Positions 30,501-44,260 of a DNA stretch of 64,000 nt are shown here, piece after piece (the first letter of the stretch is position 1; each line of letters starts with the position of its first letter). Source of the stretch: Trichoplax adhaerens (taxonomy: Eukaryota > Animalia > Placozoa); assembly GCF_000150275.1 (NCBI RefSeq), contig NW_002060946.1:5990597-6054596 (forward strand), given 5' to 3'. A program made the translations under genes and the position numbers. The notes under the pieces were generated by a model. The model was not told where the DNA came from. It saw only the letters and a program-made list of their open reading frames with translations, and did not search any database.

Positions 30501-31158
30501 ATTTCTGAAATATTGAAATAAAATACTATATAGTTACTGACCATGACGTCCATTGCAGAAGTACGGTACTATTAAGGTTTTGCTTACAGAATGCATTGCA
30601 ATTTAATATTAGGTATCGTACGTTGCTGTAAGAAAGTACAATGGCAGTTTCATTGCCTGGAGGCACGGAATTCGAGTATGTTGTTCATTACCTATAAATG
30701 ATGATCCAAGAATTTCTATAAGTGTTGGTGATAAAATTATGATCACGAGGGCCACAAAGTAAGCTTTTCTTGCAATTAACGTAAATTTACGATTAGCTAC
30801 AAGTATGCTTTCGCTGGACGTATGACTTGCCGCATATTATCACTTGTATGTGCAATTGTATTTACAGATTACTCAATTTTGCAAATACACTTATTTATGA
30901 TATAGGCGATGGCTTTATGGAAATAAAGTGCTAGATAAAAGTACTGATGGTAAGTTATGATCAAAAGTTAATGTAATACTTTGCTAGAAGGATTAAAATT
31001 GAAACATATTTTCTCTGTAACGGGATTATTTACTTAATCTACAAAATTTTTATATATTGATATACAACGCAGCTGAAGGCCGAGAAATAAGGGTTAGAGG
31101 CTGGTTTCCAAGACATTGTGCTGAACGTGAAGAAGATACCATGAAGAAGAACGAATAG
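27546..31158 (+). CDS. ZDHHC6: Palmitoyltransferase ZDHHC6, 10 coding exons (27546-27773, 28954-29045, 29197-29353, 29778-29957, 30078-30152, 30274-30354, 30441-30482, 30613-30758, 30906-30949, 31073-31158)
   Basis: CHWGPLIA N-terminus, [18 protein letters not shown] ([34 protein letters not shown]), PKGDGIVW, a C-terminal SH3-like domain (WLYGNK...RGWFPRHC) and a KKNE ER-retrieval end. Confidence 0.96.
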
Positions 31159-32076
31159 ATATTTATGATTATGCCTTTAAGTGATTATCTTGCAACATAT
31201 AATACCGATACGAAAATTTCACTGTTAGTTTTCTTATTAAAATCACTATGACTATTTAATCGGATTTTGTTATGAAACTGCCTAGCTGTTTCTTTGTTGT
31301 ATATATTCATTATACATTACAGGCAATGTGGTGTTATCGATTTTTTTCTTGAATTGCTTGACTACGAATAGATTATAACCTTTAACTGAATGTAGTACAT
31401 TAATTATACATACTTATTTAAATTTCTTTACTTGATTTATACCAAATTAGACTTATCACAGACGCATATTGTCGCACGATGATTGATAGAATTATTTCTG
31501 AACGCTTTCGTTTACATTATAGCAATGCAAGATATGCTGATAATTATTTCTTTCTGTAAAAGTCAGCGCATTTATTCACATAGAAAATTAAAACTTTGAG
31601 AAGTTTATTATTTTATTACCAGTATACCTTTTATGATTTGTATCACGGTAGTATATTAAGCTATGAATTGTTATGCTTACACTAAAAGATATCAAAATAT
31701 ACACGAAGTATCGACTCATCGAGGAGATTACATTATTAACCAATATCATTAAGTACAGCTGTCTTGTGATTAATTGCACGATGTAGCAATAGAGGAATAT
31801 TTATATACCCCTCTATTGGTCCTTGCAACTAATCTGGCACTATACGGTAGTATTAATTAATGAACAATCTACCAATAAATTATAACTTTACTCATCAATA
31901 TAGCTACCATTATTATTTTCGTACGAATTCTTATGAAATTGTATGTCCTAAGATCTAACTATAAAAGAGTACTGTATGGACTTCGTCACAACCTGACATT
32001 CATATACGGTTACGATGGAGAGAATTCCTATATTGTTAATTATTACTCGATTATAATTGCACTATGTATTAAATGT

Positions 32077-32148
32077 ATATATATATTTATATATATATAT
32101 ATAGAGAGAGAGAAATATATATATATTTATAGATATAAAGAGAGAGAT
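32077..32148. repeat. (TA)n/(GA)n compound microsatellite
   Basis: Read directly from the sequence. Confidence 0.85.
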
Positions 32149-32301
32149 AGTTTAGTATGATTTAAATGATAGAGGATACCAAGGTTTGTGTTCATCGTCA
32201 GAAAATGTTGAACGTAATCAGTTTACAAAGACAGTAATGAACTAACAATAATATCGGTATAGTAACGACATAGATTTAGGATAAATTCATTATTAATTCC
32301 T

Positions 32302-35300
32302 TTAAGGCTTGCGCCATTCAAATCCACACATGTCATAGATGCAATCGCTAAAGGTAACATAATCAATATCGCTACGGCCACCAACAGAATGGATAAATTT
32401 TTTAGCGAGAACTGCAAATTCGTGCTCACTGACAGCGCCGTCAAGAGCCAACATGCTCAAAACACGACGGAACTAGATATCAAATATGAAAAATAAATAA
32501 CTATTAGAAATTTTATTAGTTACAGTTCTTTACCTTGCTTTTATTCAAGGGACCTTAATATAGCCAATCATTCTCAATAACCTACCTGAGATTTAGAGAC
32601 ATTCCCATTACGAACACGATCGTAATCCTCAAACATGGGGAATAGCTGAATTCGTCGTTGGCGTACCTATTAAATAGCGATGTTAGGTCATTAAAATATT
32701 TCTCCATCAACATCATCGGCATATTAATTGATTTAATAGTATAAAATGAAGTATACTAAATAATTACTTACTCTTTCCGCTAATTTGGTCATTACAGATT
32801 GCAATAATTGTTGCTCCTCCCTTGTCAATTCGTTGTGTATAACATCGCGACTAACAGAAAATTGGCTTACTTCAGCTAACGGATCTTTTTCCAGTCCTGA
32901 TTATTACATAATTAACAGATATCTTAATATCAAGTAATGCTTAGAAATGTTAGTTTCAACTATCGTATTTCAATCTATGCATTAACTCTTATTTGAAGCA
33001 ATCGAATGTTCCTAGTATTGATACCTTTAACCGTAATTGCTGATTCAATTTCATCACAAAATCGGACATAATCGACATAGCCCTCTTGTTGAGTAGATAG
33101 AAAGGTATTTTCAATCAGATTATATTGATCGATATTCAAACCAAATCGGCATAAATCTAAGGCCCTCCTAAAGGTTGCTCGTTGTAATCTACCACTTCGC
33201 AAGCGATCGTAATCGCGCATAAATTCCGATACACGAATACGCTCTTTCATCACCTTCGATTAATTTCGATATTAACACAAGCAAAACTCAATCAATATCC
33301 TTTCATCCATTTATTCTCGATCACAGATTACAAGATAGCCATTTGATTAAATAAGAGTTAACGATATTACCTTAGATTTCAAGCTATCGATAAGTTGCCG
33401 TACTTCCGTTGAATGTGATGTGAAGCCATCCGAAGGATTAGTTGAAAACTAGTGTGAAAGGATAATGTTAGTAATTGTATTGAACACCGAAAGGTATCAG
33501 GTTGTAGAAAAGCTTATATAGAAATTGTTTAAATATAAATATAACGAGAAAAAAGTTACCTGATCGATATTACGTGCATTAAGACGGGTAGCATATGTTG
33601 GTTGATCACGTTTTTCAGGCTAAATAAAAGTAATTTTTACAATCCTTTAGCAAAACTACGTACTATTTAGTTGAAATATATTATACGTACTTGCACAACT
33701 TGAAGAAATTCAACATAGTTAAATCCCTCACTATCAGCGAATTTTTCCTCGATAATCTATAGTTAAATAAGAATAGAATTTTATTCATTTTTATTCATAT
33801 GTATATGTATATTTTATATGATAATGTTTCCAGTAAATAAAAGTCTATTTATGCAAAGTAATTTAATTGATTTAATCTAAGTTAGTTCTAAACACGAAAT
33901 GAAAAAGTTGCTGTAAAGAGCTATTATCGAATTGCGCCAAAAATTATTTACGGTATATTAGAATGCTGATTATATAATTCACCTGTAATTCTTCATCAGA
34001 GGTATGCAATCCCATATAGGTTAGGCATTGACGGAATTGAAATGATGTAACATGGCCATGATTATGCCTGAATGAAAGGCAATAGACGTCATTAAATAGG
34101 TCGATGGTTTTGACTGCTACATGAAGGTAAACTACTAATTAAGTGATTGTGTCTACTACTATATTCAAACTGGTATGCCCTTATTACTTGTCAAAATCAC
34201 GAAAGAATGGAGTCGCTAAAACTCGTCGCTGCTCGATATTCTTCTTCATGCGATGAAGTATTGCATTCAAACGCTCTTTTCTTCTATCTTCCACATTGTT
34301 CCAATTGGTTGCACCAAGCCTAGGAAGTAAAGCTGTTTCAGATGGAGCGACAACTGTGCTAGGCGTTTTTTCAAGTTCTTTGCCGGTAAATACTGTAATG
34401 ATAAAGGCATTAAATTAATTTCCATGAGATCATATGATTAACTAATAACTTAGCTTAATTTTATATAATCATTTCGTTAGTAGTAGCCATTATCAATGTA
34501 GCAATTTACTATTACGATATTTATGTGATTAATAATACAACTAATATTTCACCTTGGTCAACGTCATCCATAAAACATCTCCATAAAACATGTTGTTGAC
34601 GATTTGGATCGGCATAGTGTTTGCAGAGAGATTTAAATTCACTTTCTGCCAAATTATATTTGCCCATAGAGCTAAAACCCATGTTAGATAATCCCATTCT
34701 GAAACGATTCTCAGTAATAGAACCACAACGCAATGTATCAAAATCGGTAAAACTTTCGAATGCCTATAACGAATGCAATTTCAAATACGGATTATTTTTG
34801 CTAATTTTAACTTGATGGTGCTGTATATCCAGCCTATGATTTGCAGTATTCTCAAACATACTATGTCAAAATTATTAACCAAGATAGCGGTCTTTACTTT
34901 CTACTGTAGCCAATGCTACTATCGTTAAAAGTAACAATGGTTCCATTATAGAAAGTCTCTTACCCTGATTCGATTGGTTAGCAGGATATGCTTAATTCGA
35001 GCAATTAGATCGTCAAGGCTTGATGTCTGTGATTTTGCGGTAAGCGTCTGGACGGCTTTTGGTTGTTCTTTTTTCGGAAATTTAGATGAACTGTCAAAAG
35101 ATAAATGGCATTTATCATCAAAGTGTCATCAAAGTATTATTGGCAAGCGAGATTAAATAATAATCATCGGGATATAGTTTATATAATATGGGGCATATTA
35201 AAGTTCATTAATTTATTATTGATTAATAATCATAAAACCGATCATTTGAGGGATCAAGTAAGCAATTAGCAAGATTTCTACCTGATTTGTTCTTCATATG

Positions 35301-38300
35301 ACATTGAATCTTGCGTTGATGCGATAAATTCTAGAATTAGAATAAAATGGTTATTATTTTATTCCCTTCTAACGTACATAAGAAACTATTCTAGGATGCC
35401 AGCAAATCTCAGAATAAATGATTATAAAATGTTTTATTTTATCATTCTGAAATGTTACCTTGATCAACAGCTTGTATAAATGCTGTATAGTCAATCTCTT
35501 TGCCTTTAGGATGTTCAAATCGCTTGTATAATAGCTAAAATATAAAGGCTCATAATTAAAATGGATGGATTGATATAATTGTAACATAATATCTACTGTA
35601 AAATTAACAAATTATCTAACGGAATCATTATAAATTATGCTATTTTAAATGCTTAATATGATTTCATTCAAAACAAGAACGCTTGCAAGCATTACGATAC
35701 AGTAGATAATGACTTTGATGATTTATATGTTATACCTGTAAATCTTGTGGCAGTAAGGCTATAGAAATAAACTGCAGTGCACGAGCGAATTGATCTCTTG
35801 TAATGGAACGGCTAAATCCTGATTTCTATTTTACGGAAATGAGAAAGCATATTAATCATGAATTAATTTGCAATTAGCTAGATAATTTTTATACTTCCGT
35901 AGTTACCAAATCTTAATAACTTTTATTTTATTATCATATCAACAAGCTAAGTTATTACCTTGTCAAAGTCTTTGAAATAGGGATATAATAATAATCGTCG
36001 CTTGCGAACAGTATTACCAATTTCTGAAATAATTCGATGAAGTTCCATGTCTTCTTTTTCAGTCAGCTGTACTGCAGGCTAATGAAAGATAGAAGATATT
36101 TTATTGTACGTAATATGTGTATAACATGTATCGCGAATGCTTATTTATCTTGATTTTAAAGAAGCTCAAATGCTAATGATAGAACCGTTCAGATCCAGTC
36201 TGTATACATACCCTTGCTAATGCACCTTTGGGTGGTTGGTACGTGATGGAAAGGGGCTTAACTTCCAAGTCAGGATCAACAAAAGCTTTATCAAAAGTAA
36301 TGTTGAAATTTATAAGGACAGAATTACATACTATACTGTTGCTTGAATACTATAATTGAAAGAATGTAACAAGTTTATTGTCATTAATTCCAATTAACAT
36401 AATTTCTTACGATTTTCCATTTTTGAACAAAATTCACGGTATCGAACTCTTTGATTACTTTGCTTAAAATTATCGACTAGGATTTGACGTTCATCTCGGG
36501 TTAGTGTTAAATAGGGCCCGCAAACCAAGGAAAGACCACATAAAAACTAAAGTAACGATTATTCATATATTCGAATGTTAGTCACGATTACTGGTGATAT
36601 TATTATAACACACTATCATAAAAGTTACAAAATTCTAGTAGCTTCTTGCAGGGATATGATACAAAATTCTCTTGTGCTAAATTATAACGTTTAATGGTCT
36701 ACTATAAAAAGCCATAAAAGAATTGTCAAGAAATGCGAACCTGATTCTCTGTAATAACACCATTGTGATGCTTGTCATAGTCTTTGAAAAAATCAGTTGT
36801 CCTGATGCCATGCTTGTAAACAATATCTCTGTGATATGTTAAAATTTCAACATCAACAAATATGTCACGGTTCGCAATGATTGTATTTAATTCACACTAA
36901 CAACAACAACATTAGTATGTGCAGATGTATGGGTATGAGCTCTTGTAACACTTGGTATAATTCTTATTTAAAATTTTGATATTCTTTGCCTATTAAAATA
37001 TTTTTACCTGACTTTTTGAAAGATAATGTCAAAGTTACTTTCTCCTTTAGACTATAGAAATTTAATAATAACATGAATTGTAAAATTTGAAGCACTTACT
37101 AAAGTTAATCAAAGTGAGCATTTATTATTTAAAATTACCTCATCCACCATTACGGTCTGGTTATTGTACTGCTCTGTTTTCCTTGTTGTGTCGTTATCTG
37201 TTGATAACAAGTTCAAGTTTTTATCAGTTATCATATTTAATTACTGCATCCAATATTAAAATATAGGCGATGTATATTTCAATTCTATACGGCACTGTAA
37301 GTATAGTAGATAGCTTACCAAGATTTAGGATCTCCGATTGAAATTTGATATAGTCATACGACCTCGTCCTATTATCATAGTATCTTGCCGCTAATAGCCT
37401 TAAATCAGCTTCAGATACATTTGACGGTCCAGGAAAACATCGATAAAATTGATATTCACTAACGCGGCCTTCGCGATGCTTATCAAAATCTTGAAAGCAG
37501 CTTCTAACGTCAATTCCATGACCCTAACGTTTAAAGAATATTAAATGATACCATCATAAATGGTTGACCTTAGATACTTCTATTTTATTTCAGCTTTATT
37601 TACATAGAAGAGAAGATAAAGAAAACTAACTTTATCAGTTAGCGATAACTAACCTGGCAGAAATTTTTGCACCTTCGCAATATTTCTAAGCACTTTCGCT
37701 CGGAATTGGCGCTCAAAGTTTGCCTGTTGAACTGTTTTACAAATCTGAAATAAATTTAAACCTGAGTACATAGAATGCTAATTATATAGCCTTACTCATA
37801 ACTTAATTAAGTTTACCTAGCGGTTTGTTCTTGTGTACCCTGTTCTTCAGGTCTTGATATGAACTTTGATGGGTCAAAATCTGTATTGAAATAAAGCGAC
37901 TTGTTATTAGTACCTATCATTGAAAAATATTAATTGAATCAATGCAAGAGTTTATACATGGCTATCATAATCAATTGATAAGCATGTATTGTAGTACAGT
38001 AGAGTAATATCGCTTGCGAAACGTAATGTAACAATCGCCTAATCGTACGGTACTATTTAATGTTGTATCACTAGTAGATTGAAAACATAGCCAAAGTCAG
38101 TAGAGATCTCGTACATTTGTCCATTGCTAATCTATCAAGTTATTACAGTAAACTCTGTAATATGGGTATTTTCCCGTAGAGAGTAGCCAATGCAGCAATA
38201 CGGCCTTTGAGTTACCTTTTTAATCTATCGTATATTATGCTATTACCAATTAAGCAACTCCATACATATTTTAAGTATTTGATATATTATATTGTACAAT

Positions 38301-39129
38301 GATTAGAAAGCTAAAATTACTGAGGGTAATTATTCAGCTAGTAGTCATGTGAATGACTATTTATGTTATACAGCGTACGAATTATCATTTGGTTAAATTA
38401 ACTTACTACAACTGATAAGCTTGGACAATTCTGCATAGTTGATTTGATCAGGCTTTTGCCATCCGTATTGTTCCCATAAATAGGATTCATCCTTATTGTT
38501 CAATTGCAGCTTGAAAGATTGATCCAAGCAGCGTAAAAATTGAGATCCTATGAAAGAGAATTTATGAACGAGAGTTACCTTTTATAGACAGTCAATCATT
38601 TTAACTGAAGTTTTGTATACTTGTAATAAAGCCAGTTCTAAGATGATCGTATATCCTGAATACATCTGGAACTTGAACGTGAGCAGCATAAGCTGCTGCT
38701 CGCAATTTATCTTCTACACTAGGAGTAGTCATTGTATCCGTATGTGCGGGCTGAAAGAAAGCATTGGTAATTAAAAATAATTCACTACGCAGGACGATAT
38801 CAATTTAGCTCTGAGCATGCAAGAGTGGATAAATGATTATAATTCTGGCGATAATGACACCGAATAAAGTTGAAAACTTATCCTAATTGACTTCATAATT
38901 TGTGTTGTCAAGAAGTTTATTTCCTTACAGTTACTGTGCACTGTATAGTAGAATGTTAAAACTATGCCTACAGTAGTTATGAAGCTAATAATTTCAGCAA
39001 AACCATTCACAGTTTGAATTGAGTGTATGGATTTTGATATACAATACACAGTATTTAGACTTGAAGTTAAATTACTATTCAACTTTTATAGATTTCATTG
39101 CATATATATTTACAGGCACAACTTACCAT
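32302..39129 (-). CDS. ~900-aa multi-EF-hand protein (8 EF-hand-pair repeats; EFCAB6/CFAP115-like), ~25 exons; the first coding exon is ATG only
   Basis: Spliced repeats: FRIYDHLRTGFITRSQFLRCL, FQDFDKHREGRVSEYQFYRCF, FKDYDKHHNGVITENQFLCGL, FKDFDKKSGFSRSITRDQFARAL, FTDFDTLRCGSITENRFRMGL, FRDFDKHNHGHVTSFQFRQCL, MRDYDRLRSGRLQRATFRRAL, FEDYDRVRNGNVSKSQFRRVL. Ends ...FEWRKP* at 32302. Confidence 0.85.
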
Positions 39130-39396
39130 AGTGTCAAGGACAACTCAAATTGCTTACTGCTCCTGGGTTTAACTTGAATATTTGAAGGCTTTACCTTAAG
39201 CTTAGATAAGCTAGTAATGAGTTCAGTTTATTTTATCGACAAATCAACAGTATCTTCGAGTGCAAGATGCAGTCCAATAATTTTGCCTACTCTTTTCGCA
39301 ATTCACTGTACTGGTGCAACGATGATCTAAATAGCGTAAATTGCCTACTTTGCAACACCAAAGTAGTGATTATGTTGTAGAGTATCATTTGTTGAT

Positions 39397-39410
39397 GCTG
39401 CCATGGTTAC
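39397..39410. promoter_or_regulatory. RFX X-box-like element upstream of the EF-hand gene
   Basis: GTAACCATGGCAGC on the minus strand versus consensus GTNRCC-AT-RGYAAC, ~270 bp upstream of the ATG. Confidence 0.6.
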
Positions 39411-40329
39411 AGTAGCGCACGCGCAAGTCTTGCATGATTCTGAGACTTGCTATTGCCGTGGAAGTCCTCAACTGCCTTTACCTACGCACCACCACAGTGA
39501 CCACACCATACTCCATTGTCACAAAGAGGCGACAGTGCAATAGGGTACAGTATAAGGATATTACTCAAAGTTTTGTCTACACTAGGGTTTTCGATGCCTA
39601 TAGCCATGGACCACGAGAAGACTGTTGTACGCAGTAGCAACGCTGCTAAAATAGCCCAACATTGATGTACATTATACGTACGGATATACTGTCAGTCCCT
39701 TATTTATATACATTGCACTACAGATTACAGTATAGAGAAGCTCTGAAATGTAGTGCTGATGATTTGTGAACAAAGTCAATATTGTGTCCAGTCCCTTATT
39801 AATATTATCAATCACTGACGTATTATCAATAATCGAGATGGAAGTTATTAGTATCATTTCGGATGGAGAGGAGGGTTTAGTAATCTTTGTACAATATACA
39901 GTATGCTATAGCATAAGGTAGGACAAAGGGTGGAATTGACAGACATCGAGCAGTACATGTATTTTGTTTTTGGGCATTGAAGCACATTTTATGGCTCACT
40001 GGCTTAAGGGAAATATTATGATGTATATGATGTAGTGTACAAATTGACACACTGGACAAGTGGACATGTTTACCACATCGCAGTGAAGACAATGGACAGA
40101 TTGGTCACTTGATCAGGTGTGGCCATGATTTTGTTTTTAATCGATCGTCTTGCAGCAACTTTTGCAGACTGGACTGTTCTGTAAAGGATTTCTCGCACCT
40201 GTAGAGACCCTCTACTGTAGACTGTATCCGTACGTCCATGAATGAATAGAAGAGTTTAGAACCGAGTGAATCTTTTTACTAAAACAGCAACTTTGCTGGA
40301 GTGAAGTTGTGGCTAGAGACTGGTAGAAA

Positions 40330-41060
40330 GAGAGTATTGTACAGTGTACAGTACAGTAGGTAACAGCAGAAAGCAGTTGTACTGTACTGTCAGTGTACAA
40401 GTACAGCGTACTGGTACAGTACAGTATTGCATTGCCCACGACTGCCCCTCCCTACATTAGTGCAGTACTGTACTGTATGTTTATTTACACAGGTAGAGTA
40501 CAGTGTACAGTACTGTATACTGTACTGTACGAGTACTGTACACTGTAGTGTTCTACAGTACTGTATACTGTATTGTTCACCGGCGCCCCAGTCGACACAG
40601 AAATTTTTCTCTTACTGGATGACAGTCTTCAGTTGTTGAATAATTTTCAACAGGAAAATTTAATTATAGTGTTCCAACTTCGTAGACCAGTATGTAACGT
40701 ACGCTTGCTGCAAGGTAGGTCGAGTTGGCTATTAATGTTTCAAGACGAAGTACCGCTTGTAGTCTTACATGATTACCTGATCCATGGACTTTTGGACCTC
40801 GACGGTACTGTACTGTGTACTGTAGTGTCCACTCACTGTACTGTACTGTACGTACTGTACACTGTACAGTGCAGTACTGTAACTGTAGGGGAAGAAACGT
40901 GCCTGATCTTCGACTACAGTACTTTGTCTACGCACTGTACAGTACTGTACTGTAAGTACTGTAGTACAGTCTTTTACCTTTACTCTACAGTACCATACTG
41001 CACTGTACAATATCACACAGAATGCCATACAAAAACACGTAAAGACCAGAACAGTACAGT
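40330..41060. repeat. ACAGT pentamer clusters in the divergent EF-hand/GBF1 intergenic region (another at 42710-42832)
   Basis: (CAGTA)/(TACTG) runs interrupting unique sequence. Confidence 0.85.
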
Positions 41061-44000
41061 GTCCCAATGCACAGAATTACGAGTCACTAGGCCTGTGATC
41101 ATGCGAAAGATGGCGATCGTGGTCTGTTCGTCTTTACATTGAGGTAGCAGTTCCAATATTGCCTATGGCCCACTTTCCGTTGGAGTATATAGCATAGGCA
41201 TCATACATCATTCCTTTTGGCGTATCTTAGTGAAAACCTTAATTTATCCATTATACGTACTGATTTAGTGGTTGATTACAATTCATAACTTGGTGGTATT
41301 TCAAGGTAAGGTAACAGCTTGTTTTACTTGGGTACAAATGTACAATTACTGCTTTGCAATGTTGAATTGAAAAGATTGCAAGTCAGTAAGAGAGTAACAT
41401 GTCTTTATATTGCATGTTCGTAGCCATTAGTATATCTATTCTATCGGTCAAGAATAAGGTACAGGACAACGCATTGCTACCTTTTTTGTGGTCGAGACCA
41501 ATAGCGATGATCATCCTTAGGGAGTAGCTTGCTCTTTGCAGCTTGCCAATACTGGACACTTTTCGTCCATGTTAAAGGACATTTTGATTTGCTTATCCAT
41601 CTATTCTGGTAGTTGTTCTTCTTGAGTAGAGGATGGAAGACTAGCTTACTTTGATAAAAGTCATCAACGCGTACTTTGACTTTATTTTTAGACACGGTTT
41701 ACACTGTAAATTCAAAGGGAGATGTCTTTACTGTCAGGGGACTTGGAATTCATTGAATAGGGTACAGTACGTAATGACCATTTATGTTCTACTGATTCTA
41801 TATAGTATTCTATACAATGCTCTAGACGGGTGTGCGGTATACTATCATTGGACCTAAATGAGATTGCTTGTGGACCTTGAATAATTCCTGCCACTTCAAT
41901 AATGGTGCTACTACTATACTTCAATGACATTATAAGTATCTATTGGATTGAGTAACTAAATCATGTAAATTACGTCCAAAAATGGCAATAACATTCTGCA
42001 TTTTTAATACATTACCTCTTACCACTTGGTAAAAAGAAATTTGAATTCAATAATGTTCAGTTCGGTTTTTGTTCTACCCAACTCTTCACGATACGTGTAC
42101 ACCATTCCAACGTTCCAATAGCACTTCCATTACATAACTAATTTGAATGGGGATTACTACAACATTTCATTCTCAAACTCTTACCAACGTAATACACTTC
42201 AATCAAGCTAGACATCAATGCTTGAATTCACTGTATCGCTCTTACTTATATCATTGAATTCATTGAATGAACTAAAATGGTCTAACCAACAGACATGATG
42301 ACTCGTCTACACGCAAACTTCAACCTCGTTCGAGACCAATTTTCTAGCCTACTATCAATTCTGCAATACTTGACTACTAGACTGTATTGTGCACATTTGA
42401 TACAATGAAGAAATCTTTTTTTGACTTGGATACTGTGGAACAGTAGTTCGCTTCTATTTAGCTTTACTGAGACAACATGATGTAGTAATTATCTCATGAA
42501 CTGTTAGAAAAAGAAGTCTTTCGTCGTTACTTATTTCAACTTGGACTGAGTGGATGAGCAATGAGCACACAAAGGAGGAGAACATCCATTGCTAGAAGTG
42601 GGATCCTCTTCTAACCTTCTTTCTCGCTTTAGAGCCATACTAAATACACTGCTATTCAGCACTGTATGGAATAGCATACTGTCATACTGAATATCATACT
42701 CTTTCATAGACAGTACTGTACAGTGTACAGTGTACAGTGGATCAATTGGTGTGAAATTACCAGAACAATACTACAGTATAACAGTACTGTGCGTCGAGTG
42801 TACAGTACAGTACAGTATACTGTATTGTACTACCGTCCAATTTGGACTTGCCCTGATAGTGGCTATTGCCAATTCGACTGTAGCTGATTTGCCATCATTT
42901 TTACATATGTTCTTGCTTGCTTGCAAAGTAAAATGAATTAATGAATTGAACCGATTCTACTGTTGCAGCAGTATGTTATGACCTCTCGACTTTATTTCTT
43001 CTTCTTTCTGGATTGAATTCTACTAGAGTACGAGTAAACAACATTTTCCCGATTCCTTGTAAAATGATGTTCGAGTTCTACACATGTAATATACTGTCCA
43101 GTGCAAGTTTTACAAGTCTAATTGGATACGTAGCAACACTTTACGGATGATGATAGGAAGTGACTGGATATCTATCTTCTTAAACGATGGATTCTTCAAT
43201 ATTCGAAAGGATCTTAATACAACACTGAATACGCACGCTAATTTTGCGATATGATTTCATAAACTGCACAATGGAATCGCAAGCTGTGAGACTAGTAGTG
43301 GATGTCAATCACTTAACAGATCTATAAAGTAATCTGAAGTAATATTCGATCGTAAACTGAGGAATTATACCAAACTAAGCGGACTGTAGGGATACGGGAG
43401 AAAATTGTTCAGGCGATGATCGATTTGAGTTATGGACGACCTATTTCATTCGCTGTGCCAGTGTTTTAATGGGCTATTCATATTGCGCGTATAGTTTCTA
43501 CTCTCCAGTTATAGTATGGTATTTTAGTATTGTCGATTAAATTAATTTAGGATGATACAAATATGCAGTTTGTATCTTACCTTGCGATCACAAATTAAGC
43601 TAACTTGTCTACATTAAAATTCAACAATGGTAAGCGTGTTATTGTTGTTGAATAATCAATTAATTAATTTATGACGGTTAGTTGTAGGAAGCACCATTTT
43701 AGTGTAGTTGATTGATCAATAAATAGGATAGAATTAAGTGTTAAGTAAAGTTATTTGACATTTCCAACTTTAATAGCTATAACTACATTATTCCATGTGT
43801 AACTAATCATAACATGCAGCTCGATAGCTGCCAATCCTGGACATACTGTAGTATATTGTGAATATAGTATTGTAGTTGATTTTCGTGATCGCAAGTTTTC
43901 GTCATTTCCGTAAACTTGAGGAATGAAATGAAGAAGAAGACTACCAATCCTGTAGTACAACTTTTATAAGAGTTCAACTTTGTATTTGGTAGATCATTAT

Positions 44001-44189
44001 GATCTTCCTTATTACTGAATGAATTGTAGGCTCTTAAAATATCAATGATATCAATAGCAAAAACGATATTCGAAACGTGTATTACTAGGTAAAGAAATAC
44101 AGTATGCTATACTGTACACCTGTGATAGTTATCTCCCTATCATACCCAGCATTAGACTATAATTTGCTTTCGATCCGTAGCTGATTAAT

Positions 44190-44260
44190 TAATTCACTGT
44201 GGTACAAAATTAGGCAACATAGAGTTTGATAGATTGCCCTATTTGTACCACAGTGAATTA
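44190..44260. repeat. 71-nt inverted repeat (hairpin) upstream of the GBF1 coding start
   Basis: Perfect 19 bp stem TAATTCACTGTGGTACAAA/TTTGTACCACAGTGAATTA, extended by ATTAGGCAA/TTGCCCTAT. Confidence 0.9.
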
